Assembly (NCBI GenBank): GCA_017654855.1
Contig: CM030336.1
Span: 1,736,001-1,800,000, forward strand
DNA length: 64,000 bases
Reading direction: 5' to 3'
DNA from: Podospora anserina
Taxonomy: Eukaryota
The translations under genes and the position numbers were made by a program. The notes beneath the pieces are model-generated. The model had not been told where the DNA came from, searched no databases, and was given only the letters and a program-made list of their open reading frames with translations. Below, piece after piece: positions 23,520 to 36,633 of the stretch; the first letter of the stretch is position 1; the number at the start of each line of letters is the position of its first letter.

Positions 23520-24810
23520 ATGGGAGGTATGGATCTTTGGAAATCCCCTGTATGTAGAGTTAGGCGAGGGAATGATGTACAGCGCTGGGGTCTCTGCAGG
23601 TGGTTGAGTGCTCCAGGTTTGACTATCTTGTACTTCATTTGTCTTAATAATGGTGTCTGATCAACAGGTGAGTTTAGGATGCGGGTAAGGTCTTATGCTG
23701 ACTGAAAACAGTGATGATAAACCCTTTCTTTTTTCTTTTTCTTTTTTTATATGTAGTCACAGTTTGTTGTGAGCCCTTTTCTTTGCTTTCGTGTTCGCAC
23801 AGATGTCTGAAGATGGGCAATACCAGGCCATTTTCTTTGTTATCAGGTATATGATTTCCTAGGTATGCTATGGTACCTAGTGTGGCGAATAGGTTCCATG
23901 TCAAACTTCATCACTTGCTCGAAGAAAGGAGAAGCCTCCAGTCTACTTGTTACGAGCCCCACCCCCCTTCCTCGCCTTCGAGCCGTCCTTGCCCCTGACT
24001 AGCTGCGCCTACCCCTGAGCCCCTGAACCGTCCCACTAGGGCATCGAGGCCCGAAAATATGCACGTTACCTTTGAACAAACAGACTCCGATCGGGAAATA
24101 AAATCAAATACCGGACAGAATGTCGAAGATGCGGGGAAGTTGAGCCTCAATCAATCATTTACACGCGGCTCTGATCATCAATATCGATGCTGTGCTACAA
24201 GACGCCCTCCTGGCCTCTTTGCGATTCGTGCGCCTCTCCCAAAACATCCAAAGTATTTCCAACACATCTCGAGCCGATCAGTCGAAAGACCACAGAACAG
24301 TGCCAAGCATTCCCTCCGTGGTGTTTGATGCTGATGGAAAAAAAGGTTGATGTCGTGAAGGGCGGGCGGTTAAATCCTCCTCTTCCGGCTGATCAAAGCC
24401 CAATTCCCAAGGACTTGGATATTTAAGCAGACAGCTGGGCTCCGCCGACGGTGATTGGTGCGCATCTGACTTGTCCGGCCAACCTACCAGGTACCACCAG
24501 CTCAAACCTCCTCCTCCATACTCAACTCCACGGGCAGCGAAGGTGAGCGAGGCGTCAAGCGCGCCTGTCAAAGACATTCTGTGAAGGAGATGAGGAGAAC
24601 AACCACGCAAGGCAAATATCAAGAGATTAAACTCGTGTGTTTCTTCCTGACAGCGGCCCCAACTCGAGCACGGCAGATGGAGGAGATGGAAAAATTAGTG
24701 TTGAGGGACAGGTATAAAAGCTCATCATGAGGACGGGAAAGGTGAAGAAGACGTCTCAACCCATTCACCATCAACCCCCAATCCGACCGTCTTCTTTACC
24801 AAAGCCCAAG

Positions 24811-25671
24811 ATGCCTCGTCGATCCAACCTCCTGACAGTCCTGTCGCTCCTGGTGCTGGGCTTGCTCGGCGCCGTGATGGCCGAACGGTCCGCAGGCTGC
24901 GGCAAGGCCAACACCATCCGAAGCCAGCAGTACACCATCACCATCAACGGCAAGCAACGCCAGTACATCATGAAGATCCCCGACCGCTACGACAACAACT
25001 TTGCCCACAAGCTCATCTTCACCTGGCACCAGCTCGGCGGCAGCGCCCAAAAGATCGTCAACGGCGAGAACATCAACCAGGGCGGCGCCCTCCCTTACTA
25101 CGGCCTCAACGCTCTCGCCAACAACACCGCCATCTTTGTCGTCCCCAACGGTCTCAACGCCGGCTGGGCCAACCAGGGCGGCGAGGACGTCACCTTCTTC
25201 GATGAGCTCGTCAAGAGAGTCGAAGCCGATCTCTGCGTGGAGACCACCCAGCGGTTTTCCACTGGGTTCAGCTACGGCGGCGCCATGTCCTATGCAGTCG
25301 CCTGTGCCAGACCTACCATGATCCGTGCTATCGCCGTCATCTCCGGTAGCCAGTTGAGTGGCTGCAACGGAGGAAACTCCCCTGTTGCTTTCTACGGTCA
25401 GCACGGCACTTCGGATTCGGTCCTCAACGTTTCCGGCGGCAGGCAGCTGAGGGATAGGTTTGTGAAGAACAACGGGTGCACGCCCGTCAACCCTGAGCCA
25501 CAGCCCAACGGACAGAACTCGGTCAAGACGGTGTATCAGGGCTGCAGGGAGGGGTATCCTGTTACGTGGGTTATTCACCGTGGTGATCACAACCCCAGCC
25601 AGACTGATGCTGGGTCTTCGACGCCGTTTGCGCCGAGGAACACTTGGGAGTTCTTTTCTCAGTTCTCTTGA
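24811..25671 (+). CDS. Secreted CE1 carbohydrate esterase (feruloyl/acetyl xylan esterase-like)
   Basis: Signal peptide, SAGCGK start, GFSYGG nucleophile elbow, HGTSD, C-terminal His and WEFFSQF. TATAAAA at 24713. Confidence 0.9.
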   Translation: MPRRSNLLTVLSLLVLGLLGAVMAERSAGCGKANTIRSQQYTITINGKQRQYIMKIPDRYDNNFAHKLIFTWHQLGGSAQKIVNGENINQGGALPYYGLNALANNTAIFVVPNGLNAGWANQGGEDVTFFDELVKRVEADLCVETTQRFSTGFSYGGAMSYAVACARPTMIRAIAVISGSQLSGCNGGNSPVAFYGQHGTSDSVLNVSGGRQLRDRFVKNNGCTPVNPEPQPNGQNSVKTVYQGCREGYPVTWVIHRGDHNPSQTDAGSSTPFAPRNTWEFFSQFS

Positions 25672-26445
25672 GTGACCGGGGGGGAAATGGAGGATCGCTG
25701 GAAGGTGGACAAGGCAAGAACCTGGTTGGTAGGATCAAAGGCTCAATGTACATAGGGTAGCAAAAACTAGTATCATACATATATCGACGGCGATCATTCC
25801 TATTCTGCGTTCACCTACACCAGTGATGTATTATCCCGGCTAAACCATGGGCAGGAACTAGAGCCAGCATCAATCCAACTTGGTAACCATGCCGGGCCGA
25901 TGATCAACACCCAAGAATATCCCATCCTCATTCGCACCCCACGGGAAGTGACCAAAACCTCAAGAAAGCTTGGGCGGCAAACGGCCTAGAATTACACACC
26001 AGTTTCGGCACCCGGCTCGCGGCACTATGTCAACAACCAATCCAGGAGGCAGAATACAACAAGCTGGATATGCCGAGACCTGATGATAGACCGGAGTAGT
26101 ATAGACCATACGGCCCCTATATTGAGATGCGGCAGCCGATGGGGGGCCCGTCCATACAGAAAGCTTGATTCCCCAGCTCGATACCGGTTAAGAACCCGGG
26201 CAATGTATGGAATTGACCCGATTCGAGGAGCATGGCCGACGCTGTCTTTGTGGATTTAATACCAGTCGTTGGTAAATATCGCGGTGATGGCAGCGGGCTG
26301 GTGTGTGAAAAGCCAGACCTACAGAAGTGCCGGTGGGTGAGTAGGTAGAGTATAAAAACTGTACCTCGAGGACGCGACACCAGCAGCAAGTTTCTTTGCT
26401 CTGCTCCTCCACAAACTTTGCTCCTCGTTTCATGCGTGAGCCAAA

Positions 26446-27561
26446 ATGAAGTCCCTCGCCGCAACCCTCGTGGGTCTGATCGCGCCCGTCCAGGCTGGCC
26501 TCCGCTTCCCATGCTCAACCCTCACCATCCAACGTCTCGACCCCGTCGTCGAGCCGGGCAACATCCCCTCCGCTCACGTCCACCACATCGTCGGCGGCAA
26601 CGCCTTCAACGCCACCATGGAAGGCGACGTCGGCGAGCGAGCCACCTGCACGACCTGCCAAATGTCGGAGGACTTTTCCAACTACTGGACTGCCCACCTC
26701 TACTTCAAGCACCCGACCAACGGGTCGTACCACCGCGTGCCTGTGCTCCCCGTCCAGCCTCTGCTGGGTGGATCCCAGGGTGCGCAGGGAGGGTTGACGG
26801 TGTATTACACCCAGTTTGATCTCACGAGAGATAACCTGGGGAAGCAGAAGATTACTTCTTTTCCCCCTGTGAGGAGATCCCCTTCCTCATTACCTGCCTG
26901 ATTCAGGCACTAACAATGAATGTTACTCGCCCAAGGGCTTCCGCATGACAGTAGGCACCCCGACCGAGCCCGGCAAACCCCGCGTCGGCCTCCGCTACCA
27001 ATGCCTCCAAGGCCAAAACCGCGGCCGCGAACTCGACGACTTCCCCACCGGCCCCTGCAGCGGAGGCATCTTCACCACCCACCACTTCCCCGCCTGCTGG
27101 GACGGCAAAAACCTCGACTCGCCTGACCACCAGTCCCACATGTACAACACCGTCACCCGGGACGGGTTCCTCAACGCGGGGCCGTGCCCTTCTTCGCATC
27201 CGATCCGGATGCCGCAGGTTGCGTTTGAGACGGTGTGGGACACTACAAAGTTTAATAGCATGTGGCCGTCGGGAGGGAAGAACCCGTTTGTGTGGAGCTT
27301 TGAGGGGACGGGGGGTGGGACGCATGCGGATTATATGTTTGGGTGGAAGGGGGATAGTCTGCAGAGGGCGATGGACAAGAGTGAGTGTTTTTATGATGGG
27401 TGTGGGAGTATTCAGAAGCAGCAGATGGCGGTGGCGAATAGGTGTGCAATCAAGGAGACGGTGGTGGAACAGACGGATGGGTGTAAGTTTTCCCTGGAGT
27501 CAATGAGAGAGAGAAAAGTGCTGACGTTGTGGCAGGGATGGTGAAGCTGCCTGGTCGTTAA
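26446..27561 (+). CDS. Secreted DUF1996-domain protein, 3 exons
   Basis: Motifs LRFPCS, RLDPVV, HVHHIVGGNAF, EDFSNYWTA, FPACWDGKNLDSPDH and HADYMFGW. Introns about 26868..26934 and 27482..27535. Confidence 0.9.
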
Positions 27562-27943
27562 GGAAGTGAGAGGGGCTGATGAGCGGGATGGATATTCGAC
27601 TGACGAGGCTACTGCCTGATGTGTGTGCCCTCTGCGTCACGGTTTGATGTTTGATTGTTAGGTTATACCGAGACTGTCGTTTTGAACGCATCATTTCATA
27701 TCTGGAACCTTCAGCCCACTTTGATCCTCGTGAGTCCTCGATGAAGGTGATAAAAATTAATGACAACACTCAAGAGACGCACCATCGGTCTTGGATTTGA
27801 GCATAATAACAGCCACGAACCCTTGCATTTGCGGCATGAACTTTACATGTACACCACTCTCAAGCCAGACATCTGCTCACCAAACCGCCCCCCACTTCAA
27901 CCCCTGAACCCCTGGACCCCTGTCTTGACCTACAACGACCAAT

Positions 27944-28810
27944 CTAGCAAGTCTCAACCGCCGGACCAGGAGGGGTATAGCTCGTGGGCACAGGATAGTA
28001 AATGTTGATCATGATACCGGCTACCAATCATCAGTTTCAGCCCCTCGCACATGACAATCAAAGAACAACTTACGGTCAGTAGCGCTGTAAGCCCCAGGGA
28101 ACGACACCTGGTTCCTCGGGCTGTACGTCCCAGACCCGCCAGTAACAGTAATTTGCTGTCATCCCCATCAGTCTCCCCTCCCTCCCCTTACTCACGAAGA
28201 AAACAGAGAAAACTCACCGCACAACTGATATAAAACTGCGCCCCGCCCGTGCTCCCCGCCGAGTGCAGAGCAATATGCTCCGCCCTCAACAAATAATCCC
28301 CATTCTGCAAACACCTCGGAATCGGCACATTAATACTCCTCGCCCCGTTGCTAGGCCAAGTCATGCTCCCCCCTAGATTCGGCCTGTCTTGATAAATCTT
28401 ACTCCAGACCTTGCCGCTCCCGTCCCAGGTCGCGGCTGTTTGGCCGGCGGGAACCTTGGCGATGTAGACTGCCATCGGGCCCGGGTGGGAGATGGACGCT
28501 TTGGCGTTGTAGGCCAGGGTTGAGCCGGCGGCGACGGTGTATGTCCCGGGGGCGCCGGAGCCGGGGCGAAGCTGGTAGCAGCGGATGTCGGGGGAGTTGA
28601 CGTTTGTGACGGGGCCGTTGGATTGGTAGTTGGAGGTTTGGCGGACGTATTGCCAGTCGGGGGTGTTGGCTATGCTTGGGAAGGTGTCTTGGGGAGGTTA
28701 GTTAGGTTGAAGGCTGAAGGGGGGGGGGGCGGATGATGAGAAAGGGAGTTCGTACAGTGTGCCTCTGCGGCGGCGGCCGCGAGGACGGCGAGGGTGGTGG
28801 AGAGCTTCAT
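27944..28810 (-). CDS. AA9 lytic polysaccharide monooxygenase (no CBM), 4 exons
   Basis: Signal peptide ending AEA-H1, H|YTFP start, second His in SISHPGP, LRAEHIALH, AQFYISCA, and FPGAY..NIYYPVPTSYTPPGP. Three GT-AG introns. Confidence 0.93.
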
Positions 28811-29557
28811 CTTGGGAGTGACGGGCTTGAGCTTGTAGGCTGAGGGAAGAACTACGCGCAATGGGACATTTTGAGCTTCAAGAGGGCCTCTGGGGGAATA
28901 GCCCCCTCCAGAGCTTTTAAGACGCAGAAAATCGAGGTCATGTTTCATTTCACCCACTGTCAACACTCTACTCGGATATCACGCCCGCCAGTCTGAATCG
29001 GGTCTTCCCCCGTGCCCATCGTCACCGTGCGCCAAGAGACGGAGCCGCTGCCGAGCGGGTAAACAGAAAGACGGCGGATAAAAGCCATCCCCAGACCACG
29101 ACAGCCAGTAGGTATATTACTCCTATAGTGAAACTACTATGTGTTGATATGCCTTGCGTGGATGCCAAGCCATCGGAAAGCAGGCATTTGACATCCTCTG
29201 ATCTGGGGTGCAGACGTTGTGATCCCTTGGTAAAAGAGTGTTTCGGCACTTGTCAACCTGTCAAATTTCTGAAACAATGCAGGTTGCTTCACCCCAGACG
29301 GGCATATTGAATTGAGGGTAGCAAAGGTTGGTGTCAGGAGGTGAAGAAGAGACAAAGATTGCTCGACTGCCGGAAGGGGTAAGGCCGTGGGTGGTTTCCC
29401 TTCTCAAGGGACAACACTCGAGAGTCTAGACAAAAGAATGCTTGCTAGCAGCATTTCCCCTCCCGAGTAAAAAGAAGCGTAGAGACTCAAATACTTCGAA
29501 TATATACTGTTCCAAAGTAAAGACATACCAAATCATTGCAAACCTGGCTTCGCAAAC

Positions 29558-31015
29558 ATGTGTAGAACACGCATTGTTCACTATTCAGAGCGCGATGTAC
29601 GACCCTAGATGTCCACGAGGCCCTTCTCACCGACAGAACGAGGTGATTACACGGTCCACAGCATCGCGATCATACACAAACCCGTGAATCCACAAGATCC
29701 CGAGTACACCTCGGAGGGACCCTGTGACGCAACGCCCAATGGCCATGACGAGCTAAGCCGCGTTTGGTTCAGGATGAGCCACCTCCATCTGATCGAGTAG
29801 AAGGACCGCGAGGCTCCCTGGAGAGACGAGATCACGACCGAGGTTCGGAAATTCCCCCTCTTGGCGACAGAGCTGTCAGAGTGCAAGCATCACACCTGCT
29901 GCATCGTCAAACCCACCATCCTCTTTTGCGACCACTACCGGAGGGAGGCGTGGTGTCACGATGACGAGGACTTCCCGGAGGCAGATATATGGACCGACCA
30001 GCCGGTGGCATATTACAACGCGCGGAGATCGCGACTCCCGCGAGGGGGATAGACTACAAGGGGTTCGTAGAGCAGGAGTTTCACTACCTGGGCGACCTCG
30101 CCACGGTAGGCCGCAGCAAGCAACACCGAAAGGCTGGCCGGCGGTGGTTCGACATATACCAGGAGGAGGACCACCCTGAAATCTTCAACTTTGAGGACAG
30201 CCCAATGCTGCCGCTCGAGCCCTTCCCGCTGGAGCTCGTCTACAGGCACGACCTCGAAGGCGTCGACCTGACCGCCTGGGAAGAAGAGCACAACAACACC
30301 CTCCCCGATCTGAGACCGATCTACATCGACGTGAACCACCACCCGCTCGCCAGCGAATGGTCTTGCTTCGCTAAGGAGGAACATATCGATAAAGACCATG
30401 TGCCGCACATTCGGCTGGCAAGATACGGACACGAGCTGTTTAGTCGCAAACACGAGCTGTGGTCAATCATCATGGTGGAGATGATGGGGGGGAAACGGTG
30501 TCTTTGGCTCAGGCAGAAGGTTGGTGCACAGCTTCTTGGAAAGCCACGTTGAAGACATGGAGAACAAGCCCAGGCTGCTTACCGAATGCTGGCAGAAGTA
30601 TCTGTACTGGCTGCGCATGTCGCTGATGAGAGTCGAGAGGTTGCCAGCGCCCGGGCAGATTCTGACAACGGCCGAGGGCTTCACAGTAGAGCGCGATTTC
30701 CTGGACACGTGGGCATGGAGGCGAGGGAAATCATACAAGGATGTTTACCAAGAGGTCATAGACGGGAATATGTTTCCCGAGTACTGGGACAGAGCCTTGT
30801 ATGAGGTTTTCACGTACTGGGTGCAATTCAAGCGAGTGAAGGCCGGCTATCGTTATCTCATCGACAAATGGATGAGTTGGCACTCGAACTTAATCCATTA
30901 CCGAAGTTCAATGACATGGCAGATCTTATCGGGAACCATTGTTTCTGGGGTGGTTGGGGGATTGATTGATCATCAATTGGGACCCCCCTGGAGTACGACG
31001 AGATGCTATATATGA
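29558..31015 (+). pseudogene. Cryptic interrupted gene: two in-frame TAGs and two apparent frameshifts
   Basis: MCRTRIVHYSERDVRP*(29606)MSTRP...HLIE*(29798)KDRE...CKHHTCC...FC. Protein-like coding continues in shifted frames after about 30025 and about 30490. Confidence 0.6.
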
Positions 31016-31104
31016 TCTGGCAAAGCCACTTTCCAAGTGAAAACCGAGGGGGTGGGCCCGTTATCCAGTAAATAAGAGAGAAAGATGAGGGGCACAAAAA
31101 ACAT

Positions 31105-31185
31105 CGTCGCCTGCAGGATTCGAACCTACGCTCCCGAGGGAACGCCCTTAGCAGGGGCGCGCGTTAACCACTCCGCCAAAGCGAC
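31105..31185 (-). tRNA. tRNA-Ser(GCT)
   Basis: GTCGCTT acceptor stem, TGGCGGAGTGG A-box, anticodon arm CGCCC-CTGCTAA-GGGCG, long variable arm, GGTTCGAATCC B-box, downstream T6 terminator. Confidence 0.96.
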
Positions 31186-31428
31186 TTCCGATCATGCCTT
31201 CCCAGGCAGGAATTACGTCCAGATTTGTGTCGCGCTCCCCCATTCGACGCCACTTCCACTTCCTGCATGGCTACCTATCTTGGGGGACATCAAGATAAGC
31301 CCTGCAGCAGCAGCAGCACCCGCGAAACGGCTTGAAAGATAAGAGACCAGCCCTTTCATGTGGCTCAAAGTCTTTGTCTGCCATGCCGATGGCTGTCCTT
31401 TCCCCTCTTACGCAAATTGGTAGCAATC

Positions 31429-32346
31429 ATGTCAGAAGCCCTGGCCGCTACTACTACCACCACCACCACTCCCACGCTTGATGCTGCTGACGAGGTCGAG
31501 CTGGCGAGGGTGGACGGACTTGTCGAGCGCCTCGCCTCTGCATTAGAAGCCGGCCTGGACTTTTACAACACTTGGCTACAGAGGCAACAAGCATCAAACA
31601 GCTACCACACAAGCACCAGCACCCACCGCTTCCACCCCGCCGCCGCCCGTGTCCGCCCGATCAAATGCGCCGTGGGCACCTCTCTTGACATGTCCAGCTA
31701 CCGGATTCAGTCTACCTATCAAATCGGCTTTACTCTCATCGGTCCCGAGTTTGCAGCCGGCGACGGTCCGTGGCTTTTTTTGTTTGTTTGTTTGTTTGTT
31801 TGTTTCAGCGTAAGGGTAGAATATCTGATCCATCCCAATCCAGATCGAACCTGCCAAACCCTCCACACCAACCTCTCCCTCCTCCAGTCCAAGATACACC
31901 ACCTCTGCCACACAATCAGTTCCTCCCTTGACCCTCACCACCAACCGCAACCTCTCCCTCTTCGAGAAGTTTATCTTTGCTCTGAACAAGCCCGTCTTAG
32001 CTCTGTTTCCGCCCTGACGCAACAGTACCGCCGCATGGCAGCTGGCCGGCCTTCTCTCCCGAGAAACTTGCCTGTTCCCAGACCGAAGCGGATGTCGGCT
32101 TTGCTGGATGATTTGGATGAGGCTGACTTGCGGTTCATGTCGGAAGAGAGGCCGATGAGCGAAGGGAGCTTTGTCACGGTGGGGGATGGGGGTGGGGTGG
32201 AGAGGGTAGTGACGGCGGAGAGCGAGGTTCCTGTTGTGGAGGTGAGGTCGAATCCGCCCTCGCCGCCGTTGACGCCCAAGGTGAGGGGGGTGGAGGGGTT
32301 CTGGAGTGGGGGTTGTGTTCAAGGGAGTGTGAAGATAGGGGGTTGA
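31429..32346 (+). CDS. Hypothetical fungal protein (helical N-terminal domain, Pro-rich tail)
   Basis: Long ORF with an in-frame 78-nt intron 31766..31843 containing (TTTG)n. Segment GFTLIGPEFAAGD; PPSPPLTP tail; the C-terminus may be truncated. Confidence 0.65.
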   Translation: MSEALAATTTTTTTPTLDAADEVELARVDGLVERLASALEAGLDFYNTWLQRQQASNSYHTSTSTHRFHPAAARVRPIKCAVGTSLDMSSYRIQSTYQIGFTLIGPEFAAGDGPWLFLFVCLFVCFSVRVEYLIHPNPDRTCQTLHTNLSLLQSKIHHLCHTISSSLDPHHQPQPLPLREVYLCSEQARLSSVSALTQQYRRMAAGRPSLPRNLPVPRPKRMSALLDDLDEADLRFMSEERPMSEGSFVTVGDGGGVERVVTAESEVPVVEVRSNPPSPPLTPKVRGVEGFWSGGCVQGSVKIGG

Positions 32347-33275
32347 AGGGAAACAAAGAGGGTCGGGTCTTGGCATTGGGCGTTCCGGTTTTGATTTGGT
32401 GGTTTTTGGTATACGAGCTGGGTTGTTGGGGCGGGTGGTAGGCGCTGGGGTGTGATTTTGTGATTTGTGTACTTGATCGTCCTTGTTCCAGAGTCAAATA
32501 TTCAGTGTTCTGACATCTCTTGTATCTAGTGAGATGCTGTCTTATGTCGTTGCTAGTATTGTCCCCACAACCCGTGCCCAGAGCTCTGTCCAGAAGGCAA
32601 TCTAATGCTGCTATGACGCGAGAGACAGTTCATCACATCAACTTTCGAACCCTGCAACTTGTAAGTAAGCAGCCGTCGTTCCATCTTAACTTGTGCAGCC
32701 AGGTAACTACGAGGCAGTTACCTGGCCAAGGAGCGTAAAAAAATCGTAGACAGGAGTGATACTTCATGTTGAGCCCGCCAAAGAATGGACTGGTTTGCGG
32801 AGAGAAGGAATGTGTCGGTCGAGCATTCGTGGACAACGTTTCCCTAAATATTCATTTGGTAACCACTCCCTCGTTCTTAAGATTTTAATTCTCAAACATC
32901 ATATTTTTCTTAATTCCCAAAGAAAACCAGTGCCGCTCGAATGTTTGATGAGTTTCAGAGAGCGACGACAGTCAAAGAAAGAGCGCACAGGCCACAACGG
33001 AGAAAAGCTGTTGCTGGCGCCGAGCCCGACCGGGATTCTCAAACAGCACTAGCGCGCCGCGCTACGCAGCCTGCAAGCTCCATCATTCAGTTGTTGCGCC
33101 TCGAGGACAGCAGCGGTCTTTTGTCCGCCGGCCAAACGAAACTTTCCCTTCTACAACAAACCCAACTCCCCAGCACTCTCCTGCTGCTCACACCGCGCAG
33201 CTTGTCTCTGGCGATTCGCCGCCTCAGCAGCATCCGAATTGCCAGATAACCAATTGCGAATTCCGAATTCCCACC

Positions 33276-36200
33276 ATGGCCGACAACCACTACGGAGGCG
33301 ACTCCGAGTCAGAAGACGACAACTTCAACCCGGCCCCAGCCGACCTGTCGGATGAGGAACAGGATGCCAACGACAGCAGTCCCCGCGTGTCCCGTAAGAA
33401 CGACCATCGCAGTAGCAGCCCGGTAGCCGACGAGGACCACGACGAAGATGAAGACGAAGATGAACGCCCCTCGGGTCGCGCCACCAAGCGTCCGCGCATC
33501 GCCGCTGATGATGATGATGATGATGATGAGGGCGGCGAGGATGATGAAGAGGAGGAAGACGATGAGGAGGGCGGTGGTCACCGAGATGGCGATGAAGATG
33601 ACGAGGAGGACGAAGAGGACGAAGAAGATGAGGATGACGTGCAGCATGTGAGTCTGCATCCCGCTTCGCTTCTCTTTCCAATTGCTGACTTGGATCGCGC
33701 AGAGCCACCGCAGGAAACGTCGCAAGCCTGCCGGTGTGGGCAATCTGTTCGATATCGAAGCCGAGGTCGACGATGAAGACGAAGACGAAGCCGACGACAG
33801 AGATGGCGAGGAGATCGAGGACTTCATCGACAATGCCCACCCTGACGATATCGCCGACAGCGGCGGCATGAACGACGACAGGAGACATCGTGACCTCGAC
33901 CGGAGACGCGAGCTGGAGGCCAGCCTCGACGCCGAAAAGCAAGCCGAGATCCTGCGTGAGCGTTATGGCAAACGTGCGCCCACCAGAGGATACAGTGACA
34001 TGGCCATTGTGCCCAAGCGCCTGCTTCTTCCCAGCGTCAATGACCCCGGCATCTGGGCCGTTAGGTGCAAGGAAGGCAAGGAGCGCGAGGTTGTCTTCTC
34101 CATCATCCGCCGTGTTGAGGAGAGACTTGGTACCAAGAATGAGCTGCCCATCACTGCTGCCTTTGAGCGTGCCGGGCCCAATTCCGTCATGAAGGGTTAC
34201 GTTTACATCGAGGCGCTCCGCCAAAACGACATCCTGCTCTCTTTGGACGGCATTCTCAACGTGTACCCTCGCACCAAGATGGATCTGGTTCCGATCAAGG
34301 ACATGCCCGATCTCTTGCGCGTCATCAAGACCCCGAGCCTGACACCTGGTGCCTGGGTGCGCATGAAAAGGCCTGCGAAGCACGCTGGAGATCTCGCCCA
34401 GGTTCTCGACGTCACCGAGAATGGACTGGAAGCTAGAGTTAGGTTCATTCCCCGTCTGGACTATGGTGTAAGAGAGGATGGCATCGGTCCAGATGGCAAG
34501 CGCAAGCGTCCCGGCATCCCTGGACCCCGCCCACCCCAGCGGCTCTTCAGCGAAGCCGAGGCCAGGAAAAAGAACCCACGACATCTCCAGGGCAACCCAC
34601 AGACGAACTCGTGGACATTTATGGGTGACGAGTTTGAGAATGGGTTCCAAGTCAAAGATATCAAGATTCAGCTGCTCGATGTCAAGGATGTAAACCCCAC
34701 GCTCGAAGAGGTCACACGGTTCGCCGGTGGTTCCGAGGATGGCACAGAGAACCTTGACCTCAAGGCTCTTGCTGCCAGCTTGAAAGACAGCAGCTCCAAC
34801 GTTGCTTATGTCCCCGGAGATGTGATCGAAGTGTACGAGGGCGAACAGCGCGGAGTGGTTGGCAAAGCCGTCGATGTTCGCGGTGACATAGTGACACTCA
34901 GAGTCACGGAAGGAAACCTCGCTGGGCAGACCATCGAGGTGCCCAACAAAGGTCTTCGCAAGCTGTTCAAGATTGGTGACCACGTCAAGGTCATCGGCGG
35001 CAGCCGTTTCCGTGACGAGGTGGGCATGGTGGTCAACATCTCGCAGGATCGTGTCACCCTGCTCACGGATCAGACCAACAACGAGGTCACAGTATTCAGC
35101 AAGGACCTCCGCGCCGCCAGTGATATTGGAGGACAGGGATCGCTTGGCCAGTACTCCCTCCTTGATCTGGTGCAGCTGGATGCGACGACTGTTGGCTGCA
35201 TCGTCAAGGTTGACCGTGAGTCAGTGGGGGTGCTTGACCAGAATGGAGAGGTGAGGCAGGTTATGCCTTCTCAGATTACCAACAAGCTCCCAAAGAGGAG
35301 AACTGCCGTGGCTGCTGACAGGAGCGGCTCCGAGATTCGTCTGGATGATGTTGTCCGTGAGTACGGTGGTCAACAACGGCAGGGTAAAATCATTCACATT
35401 CATCGCTCTTTCATCTTCTTACACACCAACACGACCAACGAGAATGCCGGCGTTTTTGTCACGCGCGCCGGCAACGTCAACACCATCGCGGCCAAGGGTG
35501 GTCGCATCAACAGCGGCGGTGGTCCTGACTTGACTGCCATGAACCCGGCCATGAAGCGAAGCCCTGCCGAGAACAACCGCATGGCTGCACCAAAGAGCTT
35601 CGGTCCGGACCGTGCCATCAACCAGACTGTCACTATCAGGAGGGGTGGATACAAGGGTTTGCTGGGTATCGTCAAGGATACCACGGATACCCATGCGCGT
35701 GTTGAGCTCCACACCAAGAGCAAGATTATTACCGTGCCAAAGGCGGACCTTGCCTTCAAGGACAAGGTCACTGGTAAGCCAATTGACATCTACTCCCGTG
35801 GCGGACGCGGTGGGGGCGGGTTTGGTGGTTCTGGACGTGGTGGGTTTGGTGGTGGTGGTGGTGGTGGTGGTAGAGGAGACTGGCCCGGTGGTAGAACCCC
35901 AATGGCTTCTGGGGCCGGCGGCCGTACCCCAGCTTGGGGCGGTGCATCATGTAAGTCTTGTTCCTTCTTGACGATGTCAACACACGCACTAACAAATTAC
36001 CTAGCTTCCTCTCGTACACCTGCCTGGAGCAGCAATGCCTCTGGCGCACGAACACCTGCGTGGCAAGACGGCTCTCGGACTGCCAACCCATACGACGGCA
36101 ACCGGACTGCCTATGGAGGCGCCACGGCTTACGGCGGCAGCGGCGGGCGCACCCCGGCGTGGAACTCTGGCTCCAAGACACCTGCCCATGACGGCTTTGG

Positions 36201-36633
36201 CCACGGATCCAAGACACCCGCCTACGGTGGAAGCGGCAGCGGCGACACCTGGGGCTCCAAGACTCCTGCTTATGGCGGCGGTCTTTCGGCACCAACCCCT
36301 GCTGCGAGTGGCGGTGCCGACTGGGGATACACTCCCGGAGCCAGCGGCAACTCGTACGACGCGCCCACGCCCGGCGCCGGTCTCAGTGCGCCCACGCCGG
36401 GAGCGTTCAGTGCTCCGACTCCGGGCGCCTACACGGCACCAACGCCGGCACCCATCAGCGCTCCCACTCCGGGCGTGTGGGCAGGTGGATGGGGTGGGGA
36501 CACAGCGCCAACACCTGCTGCCACTGCGCCCACTCCTGGTGCCTCCGGCTCGGGATACTATGGTGCTCCGACGCCGGCCCCCTTCACGGCGGAGACGCCT
36601 GCTGCCAGCGGGGGTTATGACGATGATGACTAG
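33276..36633 (+). CDS. SPT5: Transcription elongation factor Spt5, 3 exons
   Basis: Acidic N-terminus, NGN domain ([19 protein letters not shown]), several KOW motifs, and C-terminal GRTPAW/APTPG repeats. Introns 33648..33702 and 35951..36004. Confidence 0.97.

Noticed and set aside
33325-34983. Long antisense ORFs (552 aa here; also 4516..5439, 50756..51883 and 24796..25590)
   Set aside because: They are shadows of strongly codon-biased genes on the opposite strand and contain no domain motifs.
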